Assembly: GCA_016212215.1 (NCBI GenBank)
Contig: JACRGV010000005.1
Coordinates: forward strand, 1,391-65,390
Direction: 5' to 3'
Source of the DNA: Nitrospirota bacterium
GTDB lineage: Bacteria > Nitrospirota > 9FT-COMBO-42-15 > HDB-SIOI813
DNA: 64,000 nucleotides
In this document: one piece after another, positions 63,189 through 64,000 of the stretch
Layout of the letters: each line of letters begins with the position of its first letter
Position numbering within the stretch: position 1 is the first letter of the stretch
Notes under the pieces: generated by a model
What the model was told of the DNA's origin: nothing
Databases searched by the model: none
What the model saw: the letters and a program-made list of their open reading frames with translations, nothing else
Position numbers and translations under genes: made by a program

Positions 63189-63986
63189 TTAGAACGGCCA
63201 TATAAAATCAATCACCCTCACAAGCCAGCCTACACGTTGTTTATCGCCGATAACACCGCTTCCTGTATATGTAATCTTTGCATCGGCAATATAAGATGAC
63301 AATATTGTATTTCCGGGGCCTATATCTTCGGGCCTGATTATCCCGTTTATAGAGATTATCTGGGTTTCATTATTTACAACAACTTCTCTTTTACCATCAA
63401 TTACAAGGTTACCGTTAGGCAATACATCAAGGACTTTTGCTGTCATAACAGCAGTGAGCTGGCTGCTCCTTGAGGTAGTCCCTGAACCATCATGTTTTTC
63501 ACTGGTCTCTGCGCCTACTGACCCTTTTGATAATTTGTCTGTCGGTATCCCGAATAATGCAGATAATGAGGTTGAGATACTTGAATCCTTCTCAGTCTTG
63601 GTTGACGCATTCTTATTACCCTTTGAACTCTCTACTATCCGTACTGTAAGGATATCCCCTACACTGTTTGCCCTGAAGTCACTGAAAAGGAATGACTGTG
63701 GTTTATCCTCAGACCAGAGAGAACCGTTGTTTTCATGGCCATTAGAAACCACCCCCCCTCCCCCCCCCTTAACTACAGGGGGGGAATTCTGAATATCCCC
63801 CTGACCCCTCGATTGCTCAACTAATTTCCCATCCCCTTGCGGGAGGGGATTAAACTTAGCACCCTCTCCCCTGGCGGGAGAGGGTCCGGGTGAGGGGGCC
63901 TTATCGTTTTCATTTATCTGCCCGGCATATACAGTATTCATGCTTATTACTGCAATAAATAATAGTACTCCAATGATGTATTTCAT
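63189..63986 (-). CDS. flgH: Flagellar L-ring protein FlgH with an about 50-aa in-frame repeat-encoded insertion.
   Basis: C-terminal ...VMTAKVLDVLPNGNLVIDGKREVVVNNETQIISINGIIRPEDIGPGNTILSSYIADAKITYTGSG is canonical FlgH. The N-proximal PSPGPSPARGEGAKFNPLPQGDGK...PPVVKGGGGG is read from repeat 63752-63900. Confidence 0.85.
   Translation of the reverse strand: MKYIIGVLLFIAVISMNTVYAGQINENDKAPSPGPSPARGEGAKFNPLPQGDGKLVEQSRGQGDIQNSPPVVKGGGGGVVSNGHENNGSLWSEDKPQSFLFSDFRANSVGDILTVRIVESSKGNKNASTKTEKDSSISTSLSALFGIPTDKLSKGSVGAETSEKHDGSGTTSRSSQLTAVMTAKVLDVLPNGNLVIDGKREVVVNNETQIISINGIIRPEDIGPGNTILSSYIADAKITYTGSGVIGDKQRVGWLVRVIDFIWPF
63752..63900. repeat. GC-hairpin repeat cluster (4 hairpins, about 150 bp, a multiple of 3) in-frame inside flgH.
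   Basis: ccccccctcccccccccttaactacagggggggaat...tcccatccccttgcgggaggggatt...ccctctcccctggcgggagagggtccgggtgaggggg. Confidence 0.85.
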
Positions 63987-64000
63987 ACAGTGCCCCCTAC

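Overview
This is an AT-rich bacterial chromosomal segment in which almost every gene is on the minus strand. From left to right it contains: (i) a truncated DNA methyltransferase with degraded neighbouring ORFs; (ii) lexA/truA, arsR, surE, tRNA-Pro, a MerR-family regulator, an IHF/HU-family gene and an rseC-like gene; (iii) an amino-acid biosynthesis block (cimA, lysC, thrC, hom, an aminotransferase, archaeal-type apgM); (iv) NAD salvage genes pncB and pncA; (v) a GAF-PAS hybrid histidine kinase; (vi) a large flagellar region: fliT-like, fliS, fliD, flaG, flagellin, then flgL, flgK, flgN, flgM, csrA, fliW, a flgJ-like rod-binding gene, flgI and flgH. Between flagellin and flgL lies a ~30 kb putative flagellin-glycosylation island. 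It encodes giant multi-domain glycosyltransferase/TPR/FkbM proteins, a complete CDP-3,6-dideoxyhexose core (ddhA, ddhB, ddhC), a YerE-like TPP enzyme, two radical SAM enzymes, a TylCIII-like C-methyltransferase, a NeuB-SAF-cupin fusion and an NDP-sugar epimerase. The window is densely populated by at least three repeat families. The first is a GC-rich palindromic hairpin element (core CCCTCCCC-N-GGGGAGGG) present in about 30 copies, several inserted in-frame inside conserved genes. The second is degenerate heptanucleotide tandem arrays (CTTNCNT)n at gene boundaries. The third is a 127-bp MITE with perfect 17-bp terminal inverted repeats and 9-bp target-site duplications, present in two copies, one nested inside another hairpin-module repeat. 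I also call the fliC leader as carrying a near-consensus sigma-28 promoter and two CsrA-type binding sites; the cognate csrA-fliW pair lies 32 kb away in the same window.
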